A DNA stretch of 64,000 nucleotides from Camelus dromedarius (lineage: Eukaryota), in assembly GCF_036321535.1 (NCBI RefSeq), contig NC_087447.1, forward strand, positions 6,262,001 through 6,326,000, written 5' to 3'. Below are positions 1-20,859 of this stretch, in pieces. The translations under genes were made by a program, and so were the position numbers. A model generated the notes under the pieces. That model was not told where the DNA came from, ran no database searches, and saw only the letters and a list, made by a program, of their open reading frames with translations. Within the stretch, counting starts at the first letter, position 1. Each line of letters begins with the position of its first letter.

Positions 1-13
1 TCTTTAGAGTGGG

Positions 14-172
14 AGGGGGGCAAACTGTAGCCCACCGCCTGCTCTTACAAAGTTTTACTGGAACACAGTCACACCCATTGGCTACAACAGCAGAGCACCT
101 GGGTAGCTCTGAGACTGTAAGCCTCAAATATTTACTCTCCGGCTCTTTAACAAAAAGTTTGCCTACTCCTGC
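14..172 (+). mobile_element. MER58A-like hAT-Charlie DNA transposon relic
   Basis: Matches my recollection of the MER58A consensus: 'caaactgtagccc...aaagttttactggaacacagtcacacccatt...aaatatttactctccggctctttaacaaaaagtttgcctactcctg'. Confidence 0.7.
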
Positions 173-197
173 TCTAAAGAAGTATCCACCTCCCTCC

Positions 198-253
198 CTT
201 TTTTTTAAATTGAAGTACAGTCAGTTACACTGTGTCAATTTCTGGTACATAGC
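198..253 (-). mobile_element. Very short 5'-truncated L1 3' end with A tail
   Basis: Reverse complement reads ttgctatgtaccagaaattgacacagtgtaactgactgtacttcaatttaaaaaaaa. This is the same L1 terminus seen at ~25340 and ~50110. Confidence 0.65.
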
Positions 254-577
254 AAGTCCCGGCTCTCACTTCCCCAACTCCCATCTCTTTTCAGTCCTCT
301 CCAAGCTACTGTCTCCACCATGGCATGGTCTCCGCCAGGCCAAATCAGCCCTGCCTCTCAGTAGTGTTAGACGCCACCCTCCCTCTCCCTGACGCCCCTC
401 CTTGGCCCTGGGATGCCCCCAGGAGCCTCCTCCTCAGGGGCTGCTCTTCTCTGACTCCTCTGCAGAAGCACCCGCCTCTACTCTACCCAACACGGTGGGC
501 TCCCCGGGGTCCCTGCCGCAGCCCCTCTCTCCAGCCCTACTCTCCCCCTAGTGGGAGGTGAAGGGTTACCAGTGTGG

Positions 578-778
578 ACTCTGGAGTCACGCTGTTCAAA
601 TCCCAGCTCTGCCACTTACCAGTCACGTAACCTTGGGCAACTTGCCTAACGCCTCTGTGCCTCAGTTTCCTCATCTGTAAAATGGAGATAACAGAACCTT
701 CCTCATAGGGTGTTGTTGTGAGGATTAAATGAATCAGTATACAAAGCACGTAAGCAGTGCCTGGCACACGTGAGTGCC
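578..778. mobile_element. MIR SINE in SART1 intron 12
   Basis: Contains the MIR core 'ttcaaatcccagctctgccacttacc...ctctgtgcctcagtttcctcatctgtaaaatggagataa...gtgaggattaaatga'. Further MIR cores lie near 2.2, 2.5, 11.8, 15.9, 17.4, 30.8, 37.8, 41.8, 44.2, 48.7, 49.4, 49.6, 52.4, 62.0 and 63.7 kb. Confidence 0.8.
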
Positions 779-1497
779 CTGTGAGGGCCAGTGACGATCA
801 TGGCCTCAAGGCCCAGTACTGACTTCTCCACCTCACCTCACCATCCCCTCACTCTGCTCCAGCCTCCCTGCTCCTCAAACACCCTAACGTCATTTCTCAA
901 AAGACATGTGCTGTCCCCACGACCTGAATGTCTGCCTACCTTACCTCCACTCCTGAGTCCGTGCAAGATTAGCTCCTTTGTGTTGCTTCAGTCTCAGCTC
1001 AAATGTCACCCCTTGAAAGGTCTTCCCTGAATAACCAATCTAAGAGACCCTCCAGTTACTCTCGCTGGGTTGTCTGTGCAGCTCTAACCACAATCAGAAA
1101 TTACTCTGTTTGCTTGTGTTCACAAGTTCACTGCTATTTCTGCCCCCATGAAAGGCAGCTCCGTGAGCATAGGGCCCCTGGCAGTCATGTTCCCCAGTGA
1201 CTCCCCAACCCTAGAAATAGCCTCACTCACAGCAGGCACACAACACGTGGTCCAGAAGGAAAGAAGAGAGGGGAAGACCCAACCATTAAAACAACCCACA
1301 GTAAAAACACTGCAGAAACCTAAAAACCTACCAATAACACGATGTGAAACAAAAACAGAGGGTGCAAATTGGAATGTGGGTGCTGCCAACAACAGCAGAG
1401 GAGCACGTGTTCCTAAGGACAGATCCCCGCAGACACACCTGTCCCCAAAGGCCACAGCCCCTACTCGCGCCTGTGCCCAGCCCCTGGGGCCCCTTAC

Positions 1498-4400
1498 CTT
1501 CTCGCCACTGTCCCGCAGCTGCTGTAGCTGGCGCAGCCGGCGCCCCTTCTCCAGCTGCTTCTGCAGCTCCAGCTCCGCCTCGTCCTCCTCCAGCACCTCT
1601 GGGGACCCTGATTGTGGTGCTCCGCCCTCCTCTGGTGGAAACACGGGAGACGCCTGCTCAGATGGTCTCCTTGGCCCCTGGGATCCGTCCCTGCCCCTTC
1701 CGCCCACCCTCAGCTGCCTGGGGCCCCCTCACCCTCATCACTGATGTCCATATTCTCCACTCGGGTGTCATCGGACTGCGGGGGCTGTGGCACGGGCTCC
1801 TTCTCCTCCTCTTCCTGGGCCTCCTCGTCAGCCTCGGGCACTCGGCGCCGGCCCCGGCCCCGTAGTCTGGATGAAGAGGCCTCTCTGTGAGAAATGACCC
1901 TGGGCCGGGCCAGCCCCACACACCGCCCCTGTGTCCAAGCCCACCTGGAGCCGAAGTCCCCATCTTGAGTTTGGTCCCCAAGAGGCAGCAGGTCGTCAGC
2001 CCGCACTACCACCTCCTTCTCCTTCTTGCGGATCTTCTTCACCCTCCGCTTGGTCTTTTTAAAGGTCACCTGAAGGGAGGAGAGAGAAGAGATGTGGGGG
2101 TGGGAAGAGGGGAAGGCGGACAGCCGCAGTCCACGAGCACGAACACTTTAGTGTCTCTCTGCGCCAGCGCCGTCCCAAGTGCTTCACATACATGAAAAAG
2201 ACGTGAGGCTGAGCAATTATCATCCCACCAGTGTGATGGGGACAACTGAGGCACAGGGCTGTTAAGTTCCTTGTCCAAAGTCACCCAGCTCCTAAACAGG
2301 AGAGCTGGGACTGGAATCCCGGGAGTCTGGCTCCAAGTCCTGCTCTTCACCACTTAGCAGGCAACTCCCTGAGCCAGCTGTCCACCCGCATGTTCAGTCC
2401 TCCAAAATGCAACATCCACATATAGCTATAAACTCACCACCTACCAAATGACCACCAATCCTTACAAGAGTCCTCAAGAGGTGGCTCCTGCCACCCCTCT
2501 TTCAGATGAAGAACCTCAGGCTCATAGTTAAATGACTCACCCAAGGCACAAGCTGGCTATGTGGCAGAGCCTGGATGGACACCAACTCAGGGCCACCTGG
2601 CTCACAGTCTCTGTTCTGTCTACACTGACTGCCTCCCCACAGCACATCCCCACCCAGGGCTTTCAACTACTGTTCAATCCCAAGAGCCAAGCACCACGTG
2701 ATCACTTGACCTCCTCCTTAGCGCATTCAGGTAGCACGTGACCTCTGAGGGGAGGAAGGATCGTGACACCAATCACAGGGTCTCAGGGCTCACCATCTCC
2801 TCAGGCGTGAGGTACTCAGAGGCGAGCCGGGGCCCAGCTGTGCTCAGGGACTGAGCCTGCAGCCGCAGCTTGGCCCGGATCTCTTCCAGTTCCCGTTCCC
2901 GGAGGCCATCGGCAGTGCCACCCTGCTCCAAACGGAAGGAATGTGGCCGCTCGCCCTCCAGCTCCTCGTCGTACTTGGACAGGATAGAGCGAGGTTTTTG
3001 CTGCAAGGCAAAAGGTCCATGTTGGGACCCAGCTCGGCTCCTGAAATGCCACAGAGTCGCCCCTCCTCACAGCTCCCCCGCCAACACCCTCCGCTCCGGC
3101 GCCCACACTGCCCGGCCTGCCTGCGCCAAGTCATCCACGCTCTCGTCCTCTGCGTACGGCAAGTAGTCAGGCTTCTTCTTGCGCAGCTCCACATTCTTCT
3201 CCGCCCGCTCCTTATCCAGCAGGTTCACGTTCACCAGCACATCCTCCTCCTCCTGCAGCACTCCTAGGGGCAGGGCAGAGGCAGCAGCCGTTCACATTAG
3301 CCCTCAACTCTGCAGCGCCTGTGCCCTCAACCAGGCTGCCCCGGTTCAACCCACCTTTGTCCTTGAGCGTGAGGATCACAGTCTCCCCCTCTCGGAAGGA
3401 GTCAATGGCGTGCTCCACAGTGAGGCCCTGCAGGTCCCGAGCACTGTATAGGTCCTAGAAGGGAGGCAGAAGGTCCAGCCAAGTCAGGAGCCCCACCCAC
3501 CTGGCCCTGGGATCCCCCCAGCACCAAGGACAGAAGCCCCCCAGCTGCTCCAGCTGCCTCACCTGCCGCCTGTGCCCAAACTCCTCCTCCACTAGGGTGC
3601 TGACACCAAACTCTTGGTCCATCTCCTCCAGCAGCTTGGCCTATGGGACAGGGAGGGAGGTGACCTATGACGTCAAGCTATCCAAGATCACCAGAAGGCG
3701 CGGGGCTTTACCAAGTGGGAATGCAAAAGAACTGGCCTTGCAGGCAAGCTGCTGAGAATCCTGCAGAGGTGCCACTGACCACAAGATCTTACCTCTCTGA
3801 GCCCAGTCTCACCTCCCAAGGGTCAGTCTCCTGCCTCACTGGCCAGCCAGGCCACCGGAGGCACTGAGCAACATCCCACCCACCCAGAACCTCACCCTCT
3901 TCTCTGCCAAGTCCTTCTCCTTCTGCAGCTGCCGGCTCCTCTCGATCCAGGCTGCAGTGTCATCCAGCCAAGGGTCATCCTCCCCCAGAGTCTTTATCTT
4001 CCTGAAGAGAGAAGAGAGAAGAGAGAAGAGAGTGACCTTCTGCAGAGCCAGCTCCTGCTCCCCTACCCCATCTCCAGAGTCCCTGGGCACCTTCTTGGGC
4101 CCTCCCCTGGGCTGCCCTGCAGGGACCACTCACCCCAGTTTTTGGTTCAGGAGGCGCTTCTCTTTGGCAGCCGCCAGCTTCTCTCGTAGCTCCTCTCGCT
4201 GTCGCAAGGCCATGGGGTTGATGACATCGGCTGTCACGGGCTCCTCCTTGGTGCCCGCCTCTGGAAGGGAGGCCCAGACGTGAGGCTATGCCCGCCCATG
4301 GCTGGTGGGGAGAGGAGGGAGCCACTCACACTGCCCTCTTCTGGCTCAGGGAGCCAGAAGGGGCCAGGAGTGGGGGAGAGTCCTTCACCTCCCAATTCCT

Positions 4401-7400
4401 ACATGATCCCACACTCCCATGTCACCCCCACAGCATGACGGGACCCTCCACGCCTTCCAAAGCCCCTCTGATCATACTTAAAAAAAAAAAACAACAAAAA
4501 AACTAACAGCAACCACCTGCACAGCCCAGATCAGTCTACAGCACTGTGCACATCTCTTGGCCCACCTAATGCCACCTCACAGTCAGCGTGAGGAGGCGAC
4601 GACAACTGTTCAAACAAAGAACGAGTTGAGTCCCGGACCCACATCAGCAAAGAGGGCCCCGTGCCTACCAGCCAGCGTGCGCACACACACACACGACTAA
4701 CTGGTGCTGAACCTGCTCTTGAACCCCACTTTCTTCAAAGACCCCTTCAAATGCTCTCCCTCCCTGTATTCGCAGCCCCACACTTACCCTTCTTGACGGC
4801 ATTGACCTCCAAGGGTTTCAGCCCCAACTTTGCCCGGAGTTTACTGAGGACGAGAGATACAAGTATTAGGAGCTGTAAAAAAAAAATGGGAGCACGAAAT
4901 GCATTTTTGGAGAGACCAGGGGTGAAAACAGGATAGGACTAAGTGGTCCCAAGGGTCCCAAACACAGGGCCTGATTCAGGCTGACCAGGACAATGGGAAG
5001 GGCGCTGGCCTCCATGAGGCCCGGCCTGCCCCAAACCTGTGAAATGCTCTCTTTTCTCTTGAGCCTTAGTGTCCTCTTCTGTAACTCAAATGGTTGGCTG
5101 AAATGATTTATATGGCACTTCCAGTTCCAATCAGAACACTTTACTGTGTGAGAGCCTCCCCAGACAGCTGCCCCAGAAGCTGCCCGTCTCCAAAGGAAAA
5201 AACAGAAACCTAAAGGAAATAGTACTTACTTGGTTTCCTCGATGCTGAGTGACGAGGCATCTCCTGAGCTAGTTTTGGAGCTGGCAGCTGGAACAAGAAG
5301 AAGCAGAGCTCAGGAGCTGAACATAGGGCAGAGAAGCCACATCCTTGACTCCAGCTGTAGTGCCAAAGATGAGGGCCGCTCACATGCACCTAGGCCTGTG
5401 GGGACACCAGCCCGCAGCAGGCTTCCCCCACCCTGAGGCTCCCTCTACCCATGCCCCAGTCTCTGAGAATGGCACCTCTACACACCTTCCTTTCCTGATC
5501 CACTTTCCTTTTCTGCCACCTCTCCACTTTCGCACATTCTGTGTTTTCCACCTGCACTGCCCTCTCTGGCTTCACTCTGATTAACAAAATCCTATCCAAA
5601 TGCAACAATCAAATGCCACTTCCTTCATGGAGTTCTGCTGGATTATTGATCAGAATGAACTGCTCTCCCCTGAACTCCAAAGCATGGTCACAGTCACTTC
5701 TGGATCTGTTTCTTCTCACAGGGCAGGGATCGTGTCAGCAGCATGACTGTGTCCTCTGTATAATTCATGCAGTCAAGAAACACACTTATTTGTGCCTGCT
5801 TCATGATAGGTTTTGAAGACACAGAGATATAGGAGCATTTGTGACCTCCTCCACTCACCTTACAAATACCAAATAACTTCACTAAACACCACAGACAGCA
5901 GCCAGACACGACCAGATGGAGCTCCCCTAGCCAGTTGCCACCATGTACTCTTTCTTCCAGCACACTCACCTCACAAGCTACCTCTCCCCCTTTTATCCCA
6001 CCTGGACCCTGTATCCCAACCCCTCCAGGAACTCTCCAAGGTCACCAGCCTCCTTTCTAAATCCAATGGATACTTTTCAGCTTTGGTTTTGCCTGATCTC
6101 CCATGGTGTGTGACCCTGTTGATCATTCCACAGATCCCATGACACACAGTCAATGGGTTTCCTGCTTTGGGGGATATCCTATCTCCTTTTCTGTAGCATC
6201 TGGCTCTACCTACTACTAAAAGATTGTCATTTCTCAGGTTCTACTCCCAACCCTGGCTTCTCACTCCTCACTCTCTCAGGGGACTTCATTTGCCACCTAA
6301 ATACTCATGACTCCCAAATTCCTCTATCCAGCCCAAATTCTGGGTTTCTCCATGCACATCAAATGCAACAATCTCCCCAAAACTGAATTCATCTTCTCCT
6401 TCCCAAAATTTGCTTCTCTTCCAAACGCCTCAATTTCAGTAGACCACAGTACCACCCACCTGGTCACTTAAACCAAAATTCAAAGAGGCATCCTCTATTC
6501 TTCTTCTCCTTCCCACCCTCATCCAAATGCTAAGTTCTGTTACTTCCTCCTCCAAAACACCTCTCCCATCTGTCCGCATCTCTCCATCCCGTTGCTGCTG
6601 CATTGGTGCAAGGCCACCATCAGCCCTCACCTCACCTCCAGTGTTGACTGTCCTTGACCCAGTTCTCAACACAGTGATCTTTGCAAAACATGAATATGAC
6701 CACCTCACTCCCCAGCTCAAATTCATAACTCCCCACTATTACCACAAGTAAATTTCTTAACAGGGCCAGCAGGGCCCTTTGTGTTGGATCCCTGCCTATT
6801 ACAGCGTTCCATCTCTACTATGAACTCTACACAACTTGCCCAATACTGGGTTTCTTCTTGTCTCTGCACATGCTGGTATCACTTCATTCATTCATTCAAT
6901 GCATTGACTGAGAGCCTATGATACGCCAATTGAGGAAAACAGAGAGTATCTCCATCTTCACGGAACTTTAGCAGAGAAAGACACTCTTTAATCCCACATA
7001 GCCGTAGAAAAACCGTTTAATAAATGCTAATGAAGACAGCCTAGGGATGCCTCGACCTGGCGAGCTTGGCCTCAGTACCCAGGGCCCACCACCCCGGGAC
7101 CTCCCGTCGCCACGCCACCCGCACAGGCCCCACCCCTCACCGGCCTCATAGCCGTCATCTCGCTTCTCCCGCTTCACGCGCCGTTCAGAGGGCTCTGTCT
7201 GGCTGCGCTCCCGCCCGTGCGTGCCGCTGCGGGCCTCAGCTTCGGTCCCGCGCCGCCCGCCCCCGCGCTCGCCTCCACGCTCCCGGCTTCGCTTCCGTCT
7301 TTCGCCGCCACTGCTACTGCCGCCTCCACTCCGGTGCTTGTGTTTTTTGTGCTCCCGGTGCCGAGGCAGCTGCTCAGTGGTGCCCCCGGTGCTGGCCGCT

Positions 7401-7453
7401 GCCGTAGTCCCGGCCGCCTCCTTCTCCCCGCGGTGCTTCTTTGACGACCCCAT
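1498..7453 (-). CDS. SART1: U4/U6.U5 tri-snRNP-associated protein 1 (hSnu66), exons 1-12; 3' part outside the window
   Basis: Starts at CCACCATGG (ATG 7453; [12 protein letters not shown]...). Exons: 7141-7453, 5230-5287, 4788-4843, 4134-4260, 3896-4001, 3563-3640, 3355-3454, 3121-3263, 2794-3000, 1945-2069, 1733-1866, 1498-1631. Phases are consistent (1581 nt, 527 codons). Peptides match SART1, e.g. [47 protein letters not shown]. Intron 8 is GC-AG. Confidence 0.97.
5600..6930. mobile_element. Fragmented L2 LINE in SART1 intron 1
   Basis: L2-like pyrimidine-rich blocks ('ctcactcctcactctctcagggacttcatt...catgactcccaaatt'), ending in a '(ttca)n...ttgactgagagcctatg' L2 terminus. Boundaries are approximate. 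Confidence 0.6.
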
Positions 7454-7800
7454 GGTGGTCAGTCCACCCTGAGCCCGGCCGCCGCCGAGCCCCGACGACG
7501 CAAAATGGGAACACTTCCGGGTCGCCCGCAGCCGCGGTCGTATTGCCGGAAACCAAGAGAGGCTGCTTCCGTCGTTTGCTTCGGAGGCGGCCCCAAAGGC
7601 TCATGGGAAGGCCGGGATCGGAGCCCGACTGCGCATTCGCGGCCGCCTCGGGCAGGGTGGCCGTCTTTGAGCAGGTGGTCCAATTGCGCATGCGCTTCTC
7701 AAGGTTCGCGGCCCCGGTCTGAGAAAGACCGCATGATAAGAGCTTTAAGGACCTAGGGGCCACCTAAGCCAGCATCCCCGGAGGTGGAAGCCCCTTCTAG
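7000..7800 (-). promoter_or_regulatory. SART1 CpG-island promoter
   Basis: CpG-dense. ETS/GABPA motif ACTTCCGG (CCGGAAGT on -) at 7513-7520 and NRF1 motif TGCGCATGCGC at 7685-7695. Confidence 0.8.
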
Positions 7801-8610
7801 CCTCCCTCCGCCTGCACACCCTCAGCCACCGGAAGCTCGCTGCCTGATTGACTTTGTGTGGGCAGCGCCCACCGCTCCAATAGGCTCCCTCCTAGTGGAC
7901 TCCCTGCGGTCCTGGCTTCATCAGGTGTTGGACGACGTAGCATGTCTTTCCCTGAGACTCCCAGCTCCACATCCCGGCCTCCTCCCAAACCCTACTAGTA
8001 CTGCCAGCGAACGGTGACTTCCCATGTTCCCTGGATTGGATTTTTTAACCTGAGCTCTGTAAACTGCTAAGGAGCTCCAGCTGAGCTTCTGCGTGTCTGT
8101 GAACCCCTTGAAATTGAATGCAAAATCTGGCACATCCGTGTGTGTGAGCTGCTTTTTTTTTTCATCCTTGAGGAGACGGGCTCTAACTAGAAGTTACTTA
8201 ACATTAAAAGCTCAGTTTACACAATCCCTCCTGACACCCCCACCTCAGAGTTGCTCGATCTAGCAGCCCATCTGTTATAGTGTGATCAGGCACCCATTTA
8301 AAGGTTTGTCCCCCTCCCACGCAGGACTGGGAATTCCCAAAGGCAGAAGCCATTCTGTCCTATAAACTTGAATTTCTAGGACCCAGCATTTCTAGGAGTT
8401 GCAGCTGTTGCTCTTAGAGATGCCCCCTCTTCAGGAACAGAGGCAGGGCCTTGTGTGCTGGGAGGGGGCAGCCAGAACAGCCAAAGTTCTTGGGGGATGT
8501 GGGGACAAGCTAAGCATGCTGCCTACACACCTGCCACCGCCTACTCCCAACCCGCATCACAGCCTCTTCCCACCACACCAGAAATCCCACACTGTATTTT
8601 CCACAAAGCA

Positions 8611-16583
<7,973 letters not shown>

Positions 16584-19500
16584 TCAAGGGCTCCAGCAAA
16601 AAGCAGGCCAGGAAGATTAGCTGAGGCCAACTTTCTTGGGTTGGGGGTGGGGGGAGTTCAGCAGGATGCAGAGGAACAGTCCAGGCCTGGGAGTGCAGAG
16701 ACCCAGGGCCAAGTCCTGCCTCTGATCCTGACTCATGGGACTCCTGCTGACCTCTGCCCTCTGCCCTCACTTGGCCTGTGTTTCTCCATCTGTCAAAGGG
16801 ATCTCAGGACTCTCCATCTCAAAGGGCCTTCACATTCTATGAAGATTGCCAGGTGGTGCCTGAGGCTTCCCTCTCCCTCCACCTGCCTCCTGGACACCCC
16901 TCAGTCTCTTCTGTGGCCAAGGAGGGTTCAAACTGAACTCTCACAAGATCTTGTTCAAACCACTTACACTCCCAGACCTAGACACAGCAGGAAGGGCCAA
17001 GAAGTTGAACACTATGCCCAGGAGCAAGACAGCAGGCAAACCAAAGCCTGGAGGAGGTTCTGGAGGAAGTCAGAGTATTCAAATCTTATCTCAAACCTCT
17101 AAGCATTGCCAAAAAGCCTTGACCTCATAAATCCGCATGGGATGCCTGGAGCTGACCACTCCGACCAACATACAGGGACATGGTGCTGAGTGGAGGCCCT
17201 GGAGAGGAAGTAGCCTGGCGTGGCCTGTCACCAGCTCTTTGATATTGGGCAAGTCACTTCCCAAGACTGGAATCACAGTCTCATCCCAGAGGTTTGTCAC
17301 AAGGATTAAATGAAATCACAAAGGTAACACAACTTGGTAAATGTTTGTTAAAACTGCTAATGATAACAGACCGTCACTGGGAGGCAGCAGAGCACGATGG
17401 TTAAGAGCCCAGAGGAAGCTCTGGGGTTCGAATCCCAGCTCCCCCACTTGTCACGTACCTGCTTGGTGCCTCTGTTTCCTCATGGGCAATGTGGGGAGGG
17501 TTATAATAGGGTATACCTCCTAGGGTAAGGATTAGATCAGTTACTACACACATACCCGGCACATTTCCACAACGGCTGTATGAGTTGTTATTAATTAGCC
17601 AACAGTGCAGCCCCAATGAGACCAGTCTTGGAAGTAAATCCCAGGAGATGCCCTAGGGGCACGTTTTTCTCAGCACTCTGTTTCTGTGGACCCTCGTCTG
17701 CTCACAGACTCCATCCCACTAGCATCTCCGCCGTGAGCAGTCAGTGTAACAGCCTAAATACCCCAGGTGAAGATCTTTTGCCACTGGAAATAGGTCAACT
17801 CCATTCTTTCTGGTCGGCTGCCATCCCCACCCATCCACCTCCTCTGCTGAATGTCACCCAGGGGGCCCCAGGTGGAGGGCACGTGTGTAGTCTGTGCTAG
17901 TTTCAGACAGCAAGTCCCCTCCAGACCCCAACCCAGTTGATTTCCTGGACAAACTCTGGGCTGCTTTCTTTCTCAGCAGAGGGCAATTCTGGGTTCTTAG
18001 GTCAATATTTTCATGAGGTGCGTACAGACCTTCTCTTCTCCAGTCACACTCACTCTTCCAGTGAGCTCATCCAGTTGGGCAGACTTAAAGGCCATCTGTC
18101 ACCTTCCAGCTCTGCCCAAGTTTACATATCTCAACCCTGACCTCTCCCACTAAGTCCAGACTCACAGCCAATGGCTCATCGACATTTTCACATGGATGAT
18201 GAGTAAGCATCTCAATTAATCTGACATGTAGAAAATCAGACTCGCTGTCTGTCCTGTCAAAGTCAAGGCCATATCCATCCTTACCGCTGCTCAGACCAAA
18301 ATCCTGAACCCCCATCTCTCTCATACTCCACACCCCGTGCACTTGCAAACCCTGCTGGTGCCGCTTTCGTGCAGAATCCAGCCACCTCTTCCCTCCCCCA
18401 CCATTAACAGGCTCCCCCAAACCACTATCGCCTCTCATCTGGGTCTCTGCAGAACCCCTGCACCCATCTTCTGCTCCTGCCCCGATTCTATCCTCTACTC
18501 AGCAGTCAGAGTGATCCTCTTACGACCAGAGCCTGTCATGCCTCTTGAAAACCATCTAGCAGACTCCATCTCTTGAAGAGTAAAAGCTGAAATCCTTACC
18601 CTGGCCTACTAGGTCCTGCGTGATCCATCTGCCCCATCTACCCACAGGTCCCACCACTGCCCCCTTCATTCACTCTGATACAGCCACATTGCACCTTCAG
18701 CTTCCCAGTCAGTCCCACCTCAGGGCCCTTGCACTTGCTGTTTCTGCTTCCTGAAATGCTCTCCCCCCAGAATCCAAAGGACTCACTCTCTCACTTCCTT
18801 CAGGTTTTTGCTAAAATGTCACCTGACAAGGCTATCTAAGCAGCAGCATGCCCCTGCTCTATTCCACTTATCAACACTTCACCAATATTCGTTTGTTTAT
18901 AGCCTGCTCAAGGCCATGGCTCCAGCAATCAACTTCCTCTCTCCTCAGCAAATTTCCACTCTCTTTAGAATCATTTCCAACAGCACAAATGTGCCTTTAT
19001 TTCTCTCCTGACGCCACTTCTCCTTCCCCAATACCGCCCCATTTCTCTGTTGCCCTTTGCCGCAAAACCTCCTGAAAGAGTTGGCTTTATTTGCCAATGT
19101 CAATTTCCCCACCCTGTTCTCTCTTTAACCCGCTCTGTCGGCCTGTTACCCCACCGCCCCCTAAACTTGTTCCCACCCAGATGCCCAATGGCTGCCCCGT
19201 TGCTGCCTCAGGGTGTAGTGGATCCTCCTGCTCTGGCCACTCCTTCCCCATCTTTGCTGGCTCTTCCTCCCCTTCCAGGAGAAGACTCAGCATGCAGTAC
19301 TCTTTGTCCACACTCTCTTGGTGGTCTCATCCATGCTCATGTTTTAAATACTGTCTATTCACAGATGAGTCTCAAATTTACCAGGAGCCCAGACGTCTCT
19401 CTCAAACTTGGAACTTGATTCCTCTCTCCCAAACTCCAGTGATCTGCTCCACAGCTCCACCTGGATGTCTCTCTCATAGGAATCTCAAATGTAAAGTGTC

Positions 19501-20452
19501 CAAAACCAAGCTCTTCACCTTCCCTGCAGCCCTGCCCAGCTTGGTAACAGCATGTTAGTAAAGTGATGTGAACTCAACAGTCTTTCAATGACTGATGGGC
19601 ATGTCCACTAGCATCTTTTGAAAAACAGAAACACATGCATGGGTATAAAATAAATCTCCGCTGAGAGGGGCTCAGAAAGGGAGGAGGAGCATAGGGACAG
19701 GAAGGGACCTAGGGCCTGGCAGGACCTATGCTGAGACTTTCTCACTGGGGCACTTTATGGGTGCCTCAGAGACCCCTCCAGGAACTTTCAATCCAAGCTC
19801 CCTTGACAGCGATGGGAAAAGCCTCTCCTGGGGTGGATCTGATGGCTTCCAACTTCAGCTGCAGCTCCTGGCACTGGGCGCTGCCCTGCACCCAGAACAC
19901 CTTTCTCTGCACTATTCCTCTCCCTGCCCCCAGGAGCTTGCTTGGAAAAACTTCCTGTCAAGCTGGCCCTGGACTGGCCCCCCGCCCTCAGGCCTTCTGA
20001 CCCTTGAAGTTGGGGGCTTGCCTCACCCTTGATCACGTGCAGCCTACTCCCAATGCCGCCCCCTCACCTGGCTCTGTCACCCGGAGGGCAATGGCTGTCC
20101 AGGCCTGTCACCTTTCCATTTCCCTGGGCGCAGTCTGACTCTAGCCCTTGGGTCCTTCCAAATTTCCAGGAACAAAGTTCTACTCTGAGCCCCTCTCAAA
20201 GTCTGAGCAGACAGGAAAGCCCAGCCACTGTCACACGCTCCTCTCCCTTGTCCCTCTACCCACGCTCTTTCACGCCCTCCTGGTGGCAGGTGCTGGGGTT
20301 GACAGCACCCTGTCTCAGTCTCCCTCCTGTTCTGCCTGCAAGGGGGTCTGACACCTGCTTAGGAACATGGGAGCCCTTGAACTAATGATTTATACTTGGC
20401 CTTCAATGCAAAAACTGAGACCTGAAACAGTGGACAATTTTAGTATCTTATG

Positions 20453-20584
20453 ATTTATTTTTTTGGCCCACGGCAGGTAACTAGGTTTCTTTCTTTCTTT
20501 CTTTTTTAATGGAGGTACTGGGGATTGAACCCAGGACCTCATGCATGCTAAGCACACCCTCTAACACTGAGTTGTACCCTCCCC
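20453..20584 (-). mobile_element. tRNA-Ala-derived camelid-type SINE
   Basis: Reverse complement gives ggggagggtacaactcagtgttagagggtgtgcttagcatgcatgaggtcctgggttcaatccccagtacctccatt plus an A-rich tail. Degenerate TSD tttagtatcttatgattt / tttactatcttgtgattt. Confidence 0.85.
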
Positions 20585-20859
20585 ATTTACTATCTTGTGA
20601 TTTTGTGTAATTTCTCAATAAAAATGAGATTTTTTAATTAATAGTATGTTATGCTTATCTTTCCCTGTCGGTACATGCAGAGCCACGTCAGCCTTCACCA
20701 TCTTCACCGGGTGTCACAGTATGACTGACATGACCTACAAACCCATCTCCTCCTGTCCAACGTGCACACAGCTTCTGCTAGCTTCCCTGGGACACTGCAG
20801 CAGTGACATCCTTGGAAATGTGCCTTTGCATGTCAGGTATTTCTGCAAGATAAGTTCCT

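Noticed and set aside
540-556. CTCF-like motifs (CCACTAGGGGGAGA on - here; TCAGCAGAGGGCAA at ~17973)
   Set aside because: Both mismatch core positions and cannot be supported without a PWM scan or ChIP data.
1148-1744. Long antisense ORFs over exons (also 12273-12890, 14840-15319, 35380-35994, 36528-37181, 57587-58180)
   Set aside because: These are shadow frames of GC-rich coding or CpG-island sequence, giving low-complexity Ser/Pro/Ala/Arg translations.
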